Source: Octopus vulgaris
Taxonomy: Eukaryota
Assembly (NCBI GenBank): GCA_951406725.2
Contig: OX597828.1
Coordinates: forward strand, 67,456,001-67,520,000
Length of the DNA: 64,000 nucleotides
Direction of reading: 5' to 3'
Of this stretch, positions 13,324-26,854 are shown one piece after another (the stretch's first letter is position 1; each line of letters opens with the position of its first letter). Made by a program: the position numbers and the translations under genes. The notes under the pieces are model-generated. The model did not search any database and was not told the DNA's origin. It worked only from the letters and a program-made list of their open reading frames with translations.

Positions 13324-13662
13324 AAAATGTCTGTGTGTGTGTGTCTGTCCTTTATACAAATCCACAATTTTTCAGTTAGAAGGCTCCCACTTTCTATGGT
13401 TATTCAAAACCGTCCAAGGGTGGTCGTGCACACCTTTACATTTCCCCAGTTACCCCGCAAAGCCATTAAAAAATCAATAGAAGTGACTTTTTTGTGAATT
13501 TTCTATCCAAAACCCAATCAAAATGCCCGAAACTTGATACGCCAATTTAATGCCAGCTAGCTGTATGTGATTGGTCGGAGATTTGGACAGTACTCGTGTG
13601 TATGTGCGCACACACGCAGCTGTATATGCATGCACTAGCACTACGCCGGGTCATAGTGCTAG
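13324..13662 (+). mobile_element. Non-autonomous Helitron, family H1 (5' end lost)
   Basis: Homologous to 28852-29220 and 39993-40407; ends CTAG|T after a partly deleted hairpin. Confidence 0.8.
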
Positions 13663-14389
13663 TTATGTATTAATTAGATTCTATTTTTCTCAGTATAAAT
13701 ACCCCATCCGCAGCAAGTTGTTACAATTCGCCCCTGGCTCCAAAAATAATCCTTACCCTAGTTGGCCCGATGCAGATTTCCAGTTTGTTGTTTCGACTTT
13801 TGCCAACAGCACTGAGATTGTACACCAGTCTTCTAAATGCCCAAAATGGATGCCTCAAACTGTTCAGATAGTTGGAAAAGATAGTTCAAGTCATTTTGCA
13901 TATAGTAAAAAGCCGTCACCAATGGTCACGGCTGGAATGCTTTGAGCACTTGGTGTGGGGGGGAGAGGCTTGAAGGACAATAAGAGCTCTATCACGAGAA
14001 CTATTCATGTGTCAGCCACTGAAAGTCACAAAAGTGACCCCATTCTCGTTTTTCTTCTTCACGTGATCCGTGAAAGGGTCACCTATTAATTAATCGGGAA
14101 GCTTCGATTCTGATGTAGCAAAGTCTGGAACTGAAAAATTAACAAGCGATTCCTTCGTGACTATGGAACGTTCCATTTCTCCAAAACCCTTTCAAACCGC
14201 ATCATTATCTTTCACATTCCAAAATATAATTTAGAAACTATTTTCAATATATTTTTATTCAATTTTGTTCGCAATTTTTCTCTCATTTCCTTCTCATTCA
14301 CTCTCCCTCTCCCCTTTCTCTCGCTCTCTATTTCATTTTTATTTGCTTTTGCATTTTCTGTATTCCATTTATAAATTATTGAATGCATT

Positions 14390-14472
14390 TTATGCGTGTA
14401 TATATATGTATGTATGTGTGTATGTACATATGTATATATTATTAATATACGTGTGTGAATGTGTGTGTGTGT

Positions 14473-14508
<36 letters not shown>

Positions 14509-14705
14509 ATGTAAATATATAATATAATATAATATAAATGTATATATATATATAGATAGATAGATATGTGCATGTAAATATGTTTGTAAATATATATACA
14601 TACACATACGAATTACAAACACATATATGCTACACGTATATACATATGTATGAATATATATATATATACAAATATATATACATATACATATATACGTATA
14701 TATAC

Positions 14706-14786
<81 letters not shown>

Positions 14787-14991
14787 CGCACACATATATC
14801 AAAAGTGCGTGTATGTGTAGTGTACATATTTTGATCACTGGCCTACATATATATTACATATGCTCCAGTATGTTTCCATGCAAGTGCGAATGAATATTTA
14901 TATACCCATTTATCATTTTTCTCTTCGCGCCTTTGTTTCTGTAACATATACATGCTCTATAGCTTTCAATAAATATACATACATACACGCG

Positions 14992-15040
<49 letters not shown>

Positions 15041-15133
15041 GTATATGCATACATGTGTGTGTGTGTGTGTATGAATGTTTGCATCAAAACACAAACGAAA
15101 CTCATATTCTCACCGCGGCATACACACACACAT

Positions 15134-15166
<33 letters not shown>

Positions 15167-15346
15167 TACGCACACACACACTCACACACACATATATATA
15201 TATATGCATACAGGTGTGTGTGCGTGTGTGTGTGTGTATGAATGTTTGCATCTAAACACAAACGAAACTCATATGCTCACCGCGGCACGCACATTCACAC
15301 ACACACACGCACACACACGCGCACACACATACACACGCACGCGCGT

Positions 15347-15390
<44 letters not shown>

Positions 15391-15400
15391 ACACACAGAC
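14390..15400. repeat. Compound (TA)n/(CA)n microsatellite region with a duplicated ~50-bp unique segment
   Basis: gtatgaatgtttgcatc..cacaaacgaaactcatat..ctcaccgcggca occurs at ~15068 and ~15236. Confidence 0.9.
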
Positions 15401-15857
15401 ATACAAGTCACTGAAAACCGAGTTTAATTTCCATATTTATGTATTTTGCTTAGCAAAGGTTTTTCTAAACTCGGAATGTTATTTTTGATGTCTATTGATT
15501 GATGATAGAGTTATAGATAGAAATAATATAATAACCACTGTAATGGTGGTGGTTGTGATGGTGGTAGTGGTGATGGTGGTGCTGATAGTAGTGCTGGAGG
15601 TGGTTAGGGGTCAGGGTGGTATGGAGACCGGAAACAAAACCGAAACAAAATAGAATAAAACTAGAAACATGGTTGGTAAAGTAAAAACATTTTTTAGAAC
15701 AGCGAGAAAGTACATCAGTACAAGAACATGTTCAGCAAAATACATCGTAGCTGTTGTTTTCGATGTTATTATTTATCATATTTTTATCATTAATATTTTA
15801 TACTTGTTTTTATGACTATCTAGGAATTATCATCATTATTATTATTATTATTTATAT

Positions 15858-16066
15858 AAGGCGGCAAGCTGGCAGAATCGTTAGCACGCAGAGCGAAATG
15901 CTTAGCGGTATTTCGTCTGCCGTTACTTTATGAGTTCAAATTCCGCCGAGGTCGACTTTGCCTTTCATCCTTTCGGGGTCGATAAATTAAGTACCAGTTA
16001 CGCACTGGAGTCGATATAATCGACTTAATCCGTTTGTCTGTCCTTGTTTGTCCTCTCTGTGTTTAG
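15858..16066 (+). mobile_element. SINE family A
   Basis: Starts ggcggcaagctggcagaatcgttagc; typical core; 3' truncated at the LINE fragment. Confidence 0.9.
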
Positions 16067-16660
16067 TATCTAAGCTATGTAACAATCAGCTGATTTTGCT
16101 ATCATTCCTAATGCACTTATGACAACAGGTATTGTTTTAGTCTTGCGATACCACATTTTGCCAATTTCTATTTCAAGATCTTTTTACTTGCTCAGTATTT
16201 GGTAGGCCTTGACAGATACGTTTATGTTGATTGGGACAGTCATATCGATGAGTAGGCATGATTTTTGTCTGAAATCCTTCAATATAATGTCTGGCCTATT
16301 TGCATCTGTCTTTCTGTTAGTTTGAACGGTGAAGTTCCAAGATAGTGAGATGTGGTAATTTTAAAGCACTGGAGGTGGTTTGTGTTCCCATCAGTTTTTA
16401 TCATGGGTCAAGTGCAGGTTTTTGCAAATCATCCAGTGAATATACTGTGCTGCTCGATCATGCCTATTGAGATACTCTGTAGGCGCAAGAAGGCTGCACG
16501 TGGAGACAACATGACCGATAGTTTCATTTTGTTGTTTATATACACGACATGTTGGGCAGCTGCCGTTCTTTAATATGTTGGCTTGGTATTTCCTTGTAGG
16601 TAGTCATTGATCTTGGGCTGCTATGATAAACCCCTCTGTCTCTGATTTTAAACCAGAAGA
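16067..16660 (-). pseudogene. R4/Dong-clade RLE domain fragment
   Basis: Same family as 5385-5955; encodes ETEGFIIAAQDQ, ANRPDIILKD and LLIDMTVP, with stops and frameshifts. Confidence 0.85.
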
Positions 16661-17053
16661 CACTAAAACAGCAAAAACACGTTCGCGACAGTAGCAGAGA
16701 AATAGAAGCAACGCTTCACTGTGAACCTCACAAATAGAGATGAAATGTTGGCCCAGGCATGGAAACTGAATAAACAAGAAAAAACTCGAGCCAACCTAAA
16801 TGCTCTGTCAGAAGCAATTGAAGCAGTAGAGAAAAGAACGGTGCTTCTCAGATGTATCTCAGCAAAGACGAAAAGAGCGGCTTTCATAGCCCAAGTAGAT
16901 ATTGAAGCGACGCTGGGGTGCACCAGAGATGACACCGAGTGCATAGTGTGGGACAAAAAATACGGTACCATTTTGGTGCTGTTTAAGTCAGAAGCCCTCG
17001 CTATGAAACATTCAATGGCCCCCTTACAAAACCAGGCGTTAAAACTGTATTGA
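16661..17053 (+). pseudogene. Inserted coding fragment, possibly LINE ORF1 (L1/Tx1-like)
   Basis: 110-codon non-repetitive ORF (..RTVLLRC..GTILVLFKSEALA..) with an RRM-like pattern, lying between two minus-strand R4 pieces; family assignment is inference. Confidence 0.4.
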
Positions 17054-18010
17054 ACTACTGGAAGTGCTAGGGTATTAATGGATTTGTGTTCAGTTTTTAG
17101 TATGAGTCTTACTCTTCTGTAATACTCCTTATATTTTCCTTCATAGTAGCATGTTGCATACCATCTCCTTAGTTTAACCCCAGGCATTTATAGCTTTCTT
17201 GTAGGTGAATCTACTTGATAGTAGTGTTGGTATCTAATTTAATGGAATCTGTTTGAGGAATCTGTTACCTCTTACAAAATTTGCTTTAGCACACTTATCA
17301 AGGCCAGAATCCACCCCGATGTCATTACTGAACTCTTTAACAGTTGTTCACAGCCCTACTAGTGCTTCGTCGTTTCTAGCAAACACCTTCAGATCGTCCA
17401 TAAAAAAAACAGATGGTTTACCATATTATACACTTTGACCCATACCTGGTGCTACTCAGTTCGTTTGAGAGTGGGATCAGTGCTATGCAAAAGAGTAATA
17501 AGGAGAGGGAATCCCCTTGAAAGATGCCTCCTTTGATATTGATGTTGTTAGAGTGGATCATCCTATAACTATGGTGTAGAAGAAGACGTGTATTCCACTT
17601 GGCCATGCCACCTTGTAAGAATTTGGAGGCGATAGGAAAGATCTGATATTTCTCAAGGGCCTTGAGTAGCCAATTATGTGGGACATTATCAAACGCCTTC
17701 CTGTAGCCTATCCATGCCATGCCCGGGTTCTTTTTTGCTCCGGCAGTTCTTAACAATCATTTTATTTATGAGTAGTTTATCTTTGCATCCATAAGAATTC
17801 CTTTTACAACCTTTTTGAGTTCTGTTCAAGGAAAGTGTATATTCTTTCAGTTATTATCAATGTGAAGATCTTGTAGGTGATGTTGAGACATGTTATTGGT
17901 CGGTAGTTTTTGGGATGTTTCGAGTCTTCAGTTTTTGGCAGAAGGTATGTTGTTCCTTCGGTCAGCCAGGCAGGTATTTGCTCTGGGCTCTTGATGACAT
18001 CAGCTGAGTC
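17045..18010 (-). pseudogene. R4/Dong-clade reverse transcriptase fragment
   Basis: YRPITCLN, AWIGYRKAFDNVPHNWL, GIFQGDSLS and FMDDLKVF motifs across frameshifts. Confidence 0.85.
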
Positions 18011-18665
18011 TCATAGATTGTTGTTTTCCCAGGGATCTGGTAAAAAAAAAATTGTCAGTACCTTCTTGATCATTCTCAGGGCACCTACAACAGCAAGGAT
18101 GGTTTTGTTTTTTAATTGCCACGTTTTAGATAGCTCAATCTCAAATGATTCGACAGGTTTTCAAATTCCTTTGCTGAGATGTTTCTATCCATTAACACTG
18201 TCATATCCATTAACAGGCATATTTTTGTCTTAGGTCCTTGATGACAATGTCAAGTTGTTATCATTTATTTGCCTATCTGTATGTATCCCATAATCCCATA
18301 GGATGGTAACATTCCCTCTCTCAGTGACTGACTCTGGATGATGAACATACCAGCTCCTAGGGTGCAGGATATCATAGTGAAAGCATACGCTCTAGTGTAA
18401 GTATTGGCAAACTCGATCATGCCTGGTTTTATATTTTGTCGGGGCAAGGACTGAGCAGCCGGCAGCAATATGGCAACCCTGTGGTCAATACTCTCAAGTT
18501 TGTCATTGCAGAGTCTACACTTTGTGTCTACCACATTGTGTGTAACATTAACTTGACAGTTCCGAGTGACGAGACTCTGATCTTGTGCTGCTAGGATAAA
18601 CCCTTCTGTTTCAGCTTTCAAACCAACACTCTGCAGCCACTGATGAGTGTTTTTCTCCTGTCTAC
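18010..18665 (-). pseudogene. R4/Dong-clade RLE fragment (different subfamily)
   Basis: ORF 18265-18621: KAETEGFILAAQDQSLVTRN..KCRLCNDKLESIDH. Confidence 0.8.
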
Positions 18666-20453
18666 TTCAGCCTCACTTCAAAATTGCTGGCTTGGTGTCA
18701 AAAATTGAAATTATTATTATTATTATTATTAACATTAGTAGTTGTAGTAATGGTGGTAGTGGTAGTAGTAGTAGTGGTGTCGAGTTGGTGGTGGTAGTAG
18801 TAGTGGTGTTGGTGTTGGTGGTGCTGGTAGTAGTAGTAATAGTAGTAGTAGTAGTAGTTGTAGTAAATAAATTTTAATAAATCCTGAAATATAAAAAAAG
18901 AAACATCATTATCAATATTTTATCTACATTATCGCCACCACCACCACCACCACCACCACCGCCGCCACCGCCACCATTATAATTATCATCTTTATCATCA
19001 TCACCGTTGTCGTCATTATCTTCATCGTCATTTATATTATTCTCAATGAAATATTATTACATATAAATTTTATCTTTATCCATGCTTTGCGCAGTTTTTT
19101 GTTATTTATTTGCTGTTAATTCTCTGAAATATTTTAAAGATATTTTATATTTTCATTTTTTCTTTGTTTTCTGGATTTTATTATATACTTCAGCCATATA
19201 CGATTGTTACTAATGTTTTTACTATTTTATACGTTATTTTGACGAACGTGTTATTGTGTGTGCAAATGTGATCGCGGATCTTTGTATCGATGTATGCGCA
19301 TGGTTTTGTATGTTGATGTATTTCAGATACATTTCCTCAGCAAATTTAACTGCTGCTCAGAAATTTATTGCTTTTGGTTCCATATAAATACAAACTGTGT
19401 GAAGACTCTTTAGGTTGCCGCTCCAGTTGCTAGAAATAGAAACCAAATCAGTCTCAAACCTCACTAATTCTTTAACGCCTTAAAACGGGTAAGCATTCCC
19501 CACAAGTATATAAGTACAAGAAAATGTCCTAGAAGTCAAGAACCAAATGTAGCCCTAAAAAACAAAACAAATGCTCATTGGATAATGTTGTCTGTGGTAA
19601 GTGAGATGGTCACCACTGAAACTCTTTAACCTTCGGTCTAATGGATGAGGGCTGACCCAAGGTTATATAAAAACAACAACAGTAGCAATAACAATAACAA
19701 CACCAACAGCAATTCTCATGTCCTAAAACTAAGAAAATCATTTTAGAAATAAAAAATGCCACGTTTTATGATTGCATAACTGCATAACAAACGGGATGGT
19801 CATGGTTCGGATACTTTCCTCATGATTAAGATTGGTCTGAGATTGCAGGTCATTTCCCCATTTAAATGTTTTGGCTGAAACATGATCCACTTGAATCTCA
19901 GTAGGCTGTTCACTCACCATGGATACTGACCTTTCTCTCCAGGATAAACAACGAATAAAATAACAGCCACTCCAAACTGCAATACAATCGTTCACAAGGA
20001 ACAAGGAAGACGTGTTCTTATTTGTCTCCTGTCCAAGCTTGATTTACGCGTTCGCCACCACAGCTTCGTTTAGGCGTAGCAACCCTTCCTGTTTGTTTTC
20101 ACTCTCCTGTTCGTGTTACTAATTTTGATCGTCCGCAAAATCCTAAATTTTACTTAAAGAGCTTTGCGGGAGCAACTGTTTTATCGAAAGCGTATGTTGT
20201 TGTTAAATGCTCAAAACACGAGACTAGAAATACAGCCAACAACTGACGAAGGGTCGTTATTTATGTTTGTTTTTCATTCGTGACTTTCGTTGTTCGAAAA
20301 AATAGTTCATGTTCCATGTACGTGTGCTTCGTATTTTTTTGTTGTACACAGTGGGACTGAACCTGGAACCCTGTGGTTGGTAAGCAAGCTACTTACCATA
20401 CAGCTATTTTATACATATACTTATATGTATACATATATATACATACACATAAA

Positions 20454-20509
<56 letters not shown>

Positions 20510-21109
20510 CATATACATATATATATATATACATACATATACATATATATATATATATAGATAGATAGATAGATAGATAGACAGATAGATAGATATACAT
20601 ACATACAAATAGATAGATACATACATACATGCATACATACATAGAGACATTGATATACGTATATGCATGCATGTGTAAAAGTGTGGTGTATGTGCGTGTA
20701 TGTGTGAAGAGCAAGTAAAAATTAGATGTCAATGTCCTATTTATCACAAGAACATGGTAAAATGTCAATATATTTAGTCAGTGAGATAACAATGAGTTTA
20801 TACCGTCATCGTATAACACAATGTTTGAACAGATCTGCAGGAAGCAACAGATAGGATTACATATTTACGCGTGTGTATGTGTGGTAGGAGTGAGTGAGTG
20901 TGTGAGTGAGAGAGTGAGAGTGTGAGTGAGTGTGTGAGTGTGTGAGTGTGTGAGTGAGTGAGTGTGTGAGTGAGTGAGTGCGTGAGTGAGTGAGTGTGTG
21001 AGTGAACGTGTGTGTGAGTGAGTGTGTGTGTGCGTGTGTGTGCGTGCGCGCGTGTATATGTGTGTATGTGTGTGTGCGTGTGCTTCCTCTCCTCCGTGAC
21101 ACCTGTTTC

Positions 21110-21320
21110 AGTTGAAGCGATCTGCAAATCGTTAAGATAAACTGAAAAGGTTGCAAGTCGCAACGAAAATTTTAGGTAAATAAAAATAAGAAAAACGCGG
21201 AAATTTTACCGGTGAGTGTGTTACATAATAAGGCACAAAAAGAAAATTACTCTCCCCAGACACAACAGAATATGCTGCAACACACGAACTCATGTAAAGA
21301 ATCTGGCAAACCAAATCCAA
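21110..21320. mobile_element. Fragment of a long-TIR (foldback/MITE) family
   Basis: ggaaattttaccggtgagtgtgtta..aataaggcac..actctcccc matches the arms of the palindrome at 26148-26295. Confidence 0.6.
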
Positions 21321-21379
21321 AAACGAAATAAATTAGTAATAATCTGTATTTGAAAAGGCATTGAGCTTTTAAATAAAAG

Positions 21380-21990
21380 GGGGCGGTCTTCCCACGTATT
21401 TTGAACTGAAAATATTCGTATTGCAACCAACTAGTTTCGGTTTCAGTCCCACTGCGCGACACCTTGGACAAAAATCTGTTTCTTTACTACCCACAAGGGA
21501 CTAAACACAGAGGGGACAAACAAGGACAGACAAACGGATGAAGTCGATTATATCGACCCCAGTGCGTAACTGGTACTTTATTTATCGACCGCGAAAGGAT
21601 GAAAGGCAAAGTCGACCTCGGCGGAATTTGAACTCAGAACGTAACGGCAGACGAAATATGGCTACCGCATTTCGTCTGGCGTGCTAACGTTTCTGCCAGC
21701 TCGCCGCCCTCACCTTGGACAAGTATCTTCTACGATTGCCCCGAACCATCCAATGCTTTGTAAGTGTGTAGATAGAAACTGTGTGAACGATGTGTCATGA
21801 ATATGTGTGTGTCTGTGCCTTTGTGTTTTTCCTTTCCCTCCACAATTTGATAACCGGTGTCAGTTTGTGTACGTACCCCTAACTTAGCGATTCAGCAAAA
21901 GAAACCGGTAGATTAAGTACCAGACTTGGAAATAAGTGTTGGATTCTATTTGTTCGACTGAATTCTTGAAGTCAGTGCGGCAGTAAGCCT
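21380..21990 (+). mobile_element. Old SINE family B copy interrupted by a family A SINE
   Basis: Head ggtttcagtcccactgcg then CORE-like caccttggacaag, duplicated around the insert. Confidence 0.75.
21472..21710 (-). mobile_element. SINE family A with 12-bp target-site duplication
   Basis: Full-length copy; caccttggacaa at 21460-21471 and 21711-21722. Confidence 0.9.
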
Positions 21991-22025
21991 GAAGTCGAAT
22001 GCGTGAAGAAAGTAAAATTTAAAAG

Positions 22026-22056
<31 letters not shown>

Positions 22057-22063
22057 ACTCTGT

Positions 22064-22167
<104 letters not shown>

Positions 22168-22179
22168 ACCGCCTCGAAG

Positions 22180-22645
<466 letters not shown>

Positions 22646-23093
22646 AATAACACATTACCAAGGTTTTTTTAAGAAATATGTTTTACAAAATTCAAATTGC
22701 CCTTATATGGAGAATAACTAAAGAAAAGAAAAACAGAAGAGGCATTAAGAAATAAAAAAGAGTGAGAAGGTGGACATGTGTATAATGATAGAAAAAGAAA
22801 TAAAATATATATTGAATGACGAAAGAATGAAAGATACAATATAAAAGCAATAGTAATTTCAAAAATACAACTAAAAATATAGATTCTGAAATCTGTCAAC
22901 TATAATTTTTACAGCCGTCAAAAGGTAAAATTGTGACTAAGATGTTAGTTGGACTAACTATAATAAACGCTAAACTTTAGAGTCGTAAAGCAACAAACTA
23001 AACAACGAAGTACTATAATATGGATACACATTTTTATCGTTGTCTGAACGGACAATATATCAAGGCAACATACATTTATTATCATTACCCTTA

Positions 23094-23125
<32 letters not shown>

Positions 23126-23331
23126 AATCTCACTTATACACACGTACAGATGTACGAAGATAAACTATAGAAACTTATGTACATATACAAAAAAAATGTA
23201 TATAGGTATATATATATATATATATATATACCAGAATAAAAGCATAAATGCCAAACAAGGTGGGAAAAGTAGTACTCGAATACCAGAGGTAGAGTAATAT
23301 ACTTTATTAAAAAGCAGCAAAAATATCAAAT

Positions 23332-23376
23332 AAACTGTTACTCAGAGTTTCACGTTCCCGTTCGTCTGACAGTTTT
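23332..23376 (-). ncRNA. Minimal type-I hammerhead, variant core CAGACGA
   Basis: Minus strand AAAACTGT-CAGACGA-ACG ggaa CGT-GAAA-CTCTGAG-TA-ACAGTTT. Confidence 0.6.
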
Positions 23377-23879
23377 GTTTACAATGGAGCAAGATAAAAT
23401 TTTATGTACAAATGCAATTATTTCGTTAGATACTAATAGGAACGCCAATCATTTCATTCTGTCTACCTCTGTCTATCCCCCCTCTCTCTCTCTCTAATTT
23501 TCTGTTTCTTTTTTCTTTATTTCCTTTCTTTTATCCCTTGTTTTTTTTTCTCCCCCACCTCACTTGTTACTCTCTGATTTTTTTCCTTTTCCTTTAGCTT
23601 GTAACAACTAAATCGTATAACGCATACACCAGGAGGTTTTGTGCGCGCATACGTATATATATATACATTTATATATATATTTATGTTTTGCCTATCTATG
23701 TCTGTATATGTATGTAGCCATGTTCCTACGCCTGTATGTTTAGTGTATATACGTATATTATAGATCGTTTGGCACGTGTATATATTGCTAAAAGTATATG
23801 TATTTTAGAATGAAATGTATCTTTTAATTTATTATTATTTTTGCAACTAATTATTTACCCTGGGTATTCAAGCCTTTTT

Positions 23880-24110
23880 CCTTCTTCATAAGCTATTTTT
23901 GATTGAAGATTAGAAACATCATCTGACCACATGTCTCTATATGTTTGCTCAATAGAATTTGGCGAACATTGGTGTTCCGGATTGGCTGTTTGTGGACTCG
24001 TGAGCGTTCCGATAATCTGTTGCCTGTCTCGCCTATATATAATTCCTCGCAATTCGGGCATTTAATGCAGTAGATCAAATTTCTGCTTTTGCAGTTCATA
24101 ACTGCATCAT
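23880..24110 (-). pseudogene. Penelope-like GIY-YIG endonuclease fragment
   Basis: CKSRNLIYCIKCPNCEELYIGETGNRLSERSRVH, the LIY..C..C...YIGET...L.ER...H motif. Confidence 0.85.
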
Positions 24111-24239
24111 GTTATTTTCACAATAATATGATTTTAAACCGCAGTTTTGTTATTTCATGCAACCGGTTATTGAAAAGGCCGTTAGTTGAAAGGTCCAACG
24201 AAACAAAACTATTTTCAAATGTGTATCTATCAAAGTAAT

Positions 24240-24409
24240 TGTATTTCTTTTCTACTCTAGGCACAAAGCCCGAAATTTTGGGGGAGGGGGCCAGTCGATT
24301 GGATCGACCCCAGTACGCAACTGGTACTTAATTTATCGACCCCCCCCCCCCCCGAAAGGATGAAAGGCAAAGTCGATCTCGGTGGAATTTTAACTCAGAA
24401 CGTAAAGAC
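24240..24409 (-). mobile_element. SINE family A, 5' truncated
   Basis: Core motif in reverse complement. Confidence 0.8.
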
Positions 24410-24434
24410 AATTTTATCTTGCTCCATTGTAAAC

Positions 24435-24480
24435 AAAACTGTCCGACGAACGCGAACGTGAAACTCTGAGTAACAGTTTT
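24435..24480 (+). ncRNA. Minimal type-I hammerhead, variant core CCGACGA
   Basis: AAAACTGT-CCGACGA-ACG cgaa CGT-GAAA-CTCTGAG-TA-ACAGTTTT: perfect 8-bp stem I, 3-bp stem II, GUA triplet. Confidence 0.7.
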
Positions 24481-24509
24481 TGTGATATTTTTGCTGCTTT
24501 TTGATAAAG

Positions 24510-24542
<33 letters not shown>

Positions 24543-24635
24543 TCGAATTTGTGTGAATGTGTATAAAATATTATATCAGTTGAATAAAGTTAAAGCATAG
24601 TCTGGTTTTAAGGTTTTTTATTATGGTATTTTAAG

Positions 24636-24675
24636 AAAATTATCGCTTTCATACATAATATACTCATCAGATTTC
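24636..24675 (-). ncRNA. Decayed minimal hammerhead 3' of the second GIY-YIG fragment
   Basis: Minus strand GAAAT-CTGATGA-GTAT attat GTAT-GAAA-gcga-TA-ATTTT; stem III is mismatched. Confidence 0.5.
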
Positions 24676-24891
24676 AAATGTGTTTAACTGACAGCTGACT
24701 TCTTGACAGCTTTAGTATCTCTTAGAACGCTCCAACCAGCTGATTTTTTAGAATACCTTTTTGACCAATCCGCATGCCCTTAAACATCACAGTTTACCAG
24801 GCATAGCGATATTCTGTAACTAGTTTATATTTATTAATCCACATCATAAACTGGTTGTTATATTATTGCTGTTATTTCCGTTCAGAACATT

Positions 24892-25330
24892 TTAATTAAC
24901 CCTTTTTTCTTTTATCTTTCTATCAACCTCACTTGTGTCATGTAGCTTGTGGAAAGGAAAAGTTAGAAACATCATCTGACCACATGTCTCAATAGAATTT
25001 GGCGAACATTGGTGTTCCGGATTTGCTGTCTTTGGACTCGTGAGCGTTCCGATAATCTGTTGCCTGTCTCGCCTATATATAATTCCTCGCAATTCGGGCA
25101 TTTAATGCAGTAGATCAGATTTCTGCTTTTGCTGTTCATAACTGCATTTGCGAAAATCTGTCCATTTTTTTGTTCTAATGGATCTACCCGTATGAATGTA
25201 TTGACACGTTCCACATATGTTATCATTACACTTGGACACTGTGAATGTTTTATCCTGTTTGTTCATGTTGAATTTTGCCTTTTAATAGTTTCTTCAGGTT
25301 ATGTGGTTGCCTTTTGCTTAAGATAAGTGT
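24892..25330 (-). pseudogene. Penelope-like GIY-YIG endonuclease fragment (second copy)
   Basis: NLIYCIKCPNCEELYIGETGNRLSERSRV; close nucleotide match to 23920-24108. Confidence 0.85.
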
Positions 25331-26147
25331 TTGATTAGTTATGTTGTTGTTTTTTTCACTTAGCTTTATATAGAGAATCACACAGCACAACACAACCCGA
25401 GAACAGTTTGACAACCACCACCGACGAATGCGAGAGAGTTCTCCAGAAAAGTTAACAAGGAATCTTTAAAAAATCTCCCCACCGAAGTCAACAAAGAACT
25501 TACTAGATCTACAAGCCAAACTGTAAAATTATATTATATTATTAGAAAATTAAATTGATTAGAACTACCAGTAAAGTAATTCTTTTCCTTTTTCAAATAG
25601 ATATATATATATAATAACTGTATATAATATATATCATAATATTTATTCTCCGATTCGAAGCCACAATTTTTAAATATAAACAAATGACCGAAAAATGATG
25701 AGTTAACCGCAGGCTGAATCGAACTCGCAAATCGACGCTTCCATGGCTACTTGCGAATCTGATTAGCCAAACGCTCAACCATCAATTTCAGCCAAATTTA
25801 GTTAATATATACTTAAACTGTCTTGGATACTACGTAAATATTTTTATTTAAAAAAAAAAAACGAAAGGCTTTGCGAGTTACGGAGAGAAAGCTACCGTGG
25901 AAGACTCATCATATATTAACTCTATGTAATATGTATCATAATGATATTTATCCTCCCATTTGAATATACTGTATATGCACACGCACATATACACACAAAA
26001 TATAAGCATATATATAGATACACAAACACACTCACACACATACACACACAAACACACATACGCACACACACATATATTTCGCTTTTGTGTTCGGTCTGCA
26101 AGATTCTTTTTGTGAATTCGTGAGTTGAAGCATATTTTATTGTGCCT

Positions 26148-26295
26148 GGGGAGAGTCATTCTCTTTTAGGGCCTTACTATCTAACACACTCTCCGGTTCG
26201 ATTTCCACTCATTTACTTATATATAAGTAAACACGTGGAAATCGAACCGGTGAGTGTGTTAAATAATAAGGCACTAAAACAGAATGACTCTCCCC
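26148..26295. repeat. 148-bp spacer-less imperfect palindrome (foldback element)
   Basis: Arms ggggagagtcattct..ccggttcgatttccac..ttacttata | tataagtaa..gtggaaatcgaaccgg..agaatgactctcccc; centre between 26221 and 26222. Confidence 0.9.
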
Positions 26296-26424
26296 AAACA
26301 ATAATACACACATATCTAATGTACATACACTTATATCCGAGAGACATTTAAATATATATGCATATATATACATATATGTATGTATTTATGTATGCATATA
26401 TATATATATATATATATATCATAT

Positions 26425-26466
<42 letters not shown>

Positions 26467-26799
26467 GAGTTGGCATTATTTATACAGAGAGACTTGTGTG
26501 TGTATACACTTATATAGTTAGATAGATTCTGATACGTACAGGCGCATACATTAACGTGGCGGTGACTGTGAGGAAGAAGCCGGAGTACTAAAATTGTATT
26601 AAATCTGTGTCTATAATCTGTGCTGTTCTATCACCATAAAACCTATTGATGTGTTTAGTTCAACAGAGATCAAAAGTAAGGGCAAAGGTAATATCGTATC
26701 TGGCACATTGTTGTTCGTATAGTTGGAGGTGATTTCCTCCATGTTTCTAGCCTTCACTCAGGCTGTCACACACACATATATATATATAATATATACACA

Positions 26800-26854
<55 letters not shown>

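Larger units (their letters stand above)
23231..24513 (-). mobile_element. Penelope-like element remnant with inverted pseudo-LTR copies
   Basis: ~105-bp inverted repeat (23297-23402 versus 24410-24513), each with a hammerhead, enclosing a GIY-YIG fragment; (TA)n on both outer flanks. Confidence 0.75.

Noticed and set aside
20150-20260. GAAA..CTGACGA arrangement resembling a type-II hammerhead (similar CTGACGA at ~3754)
   Set aside because: The cleavage position would be G and stem II does not pair.
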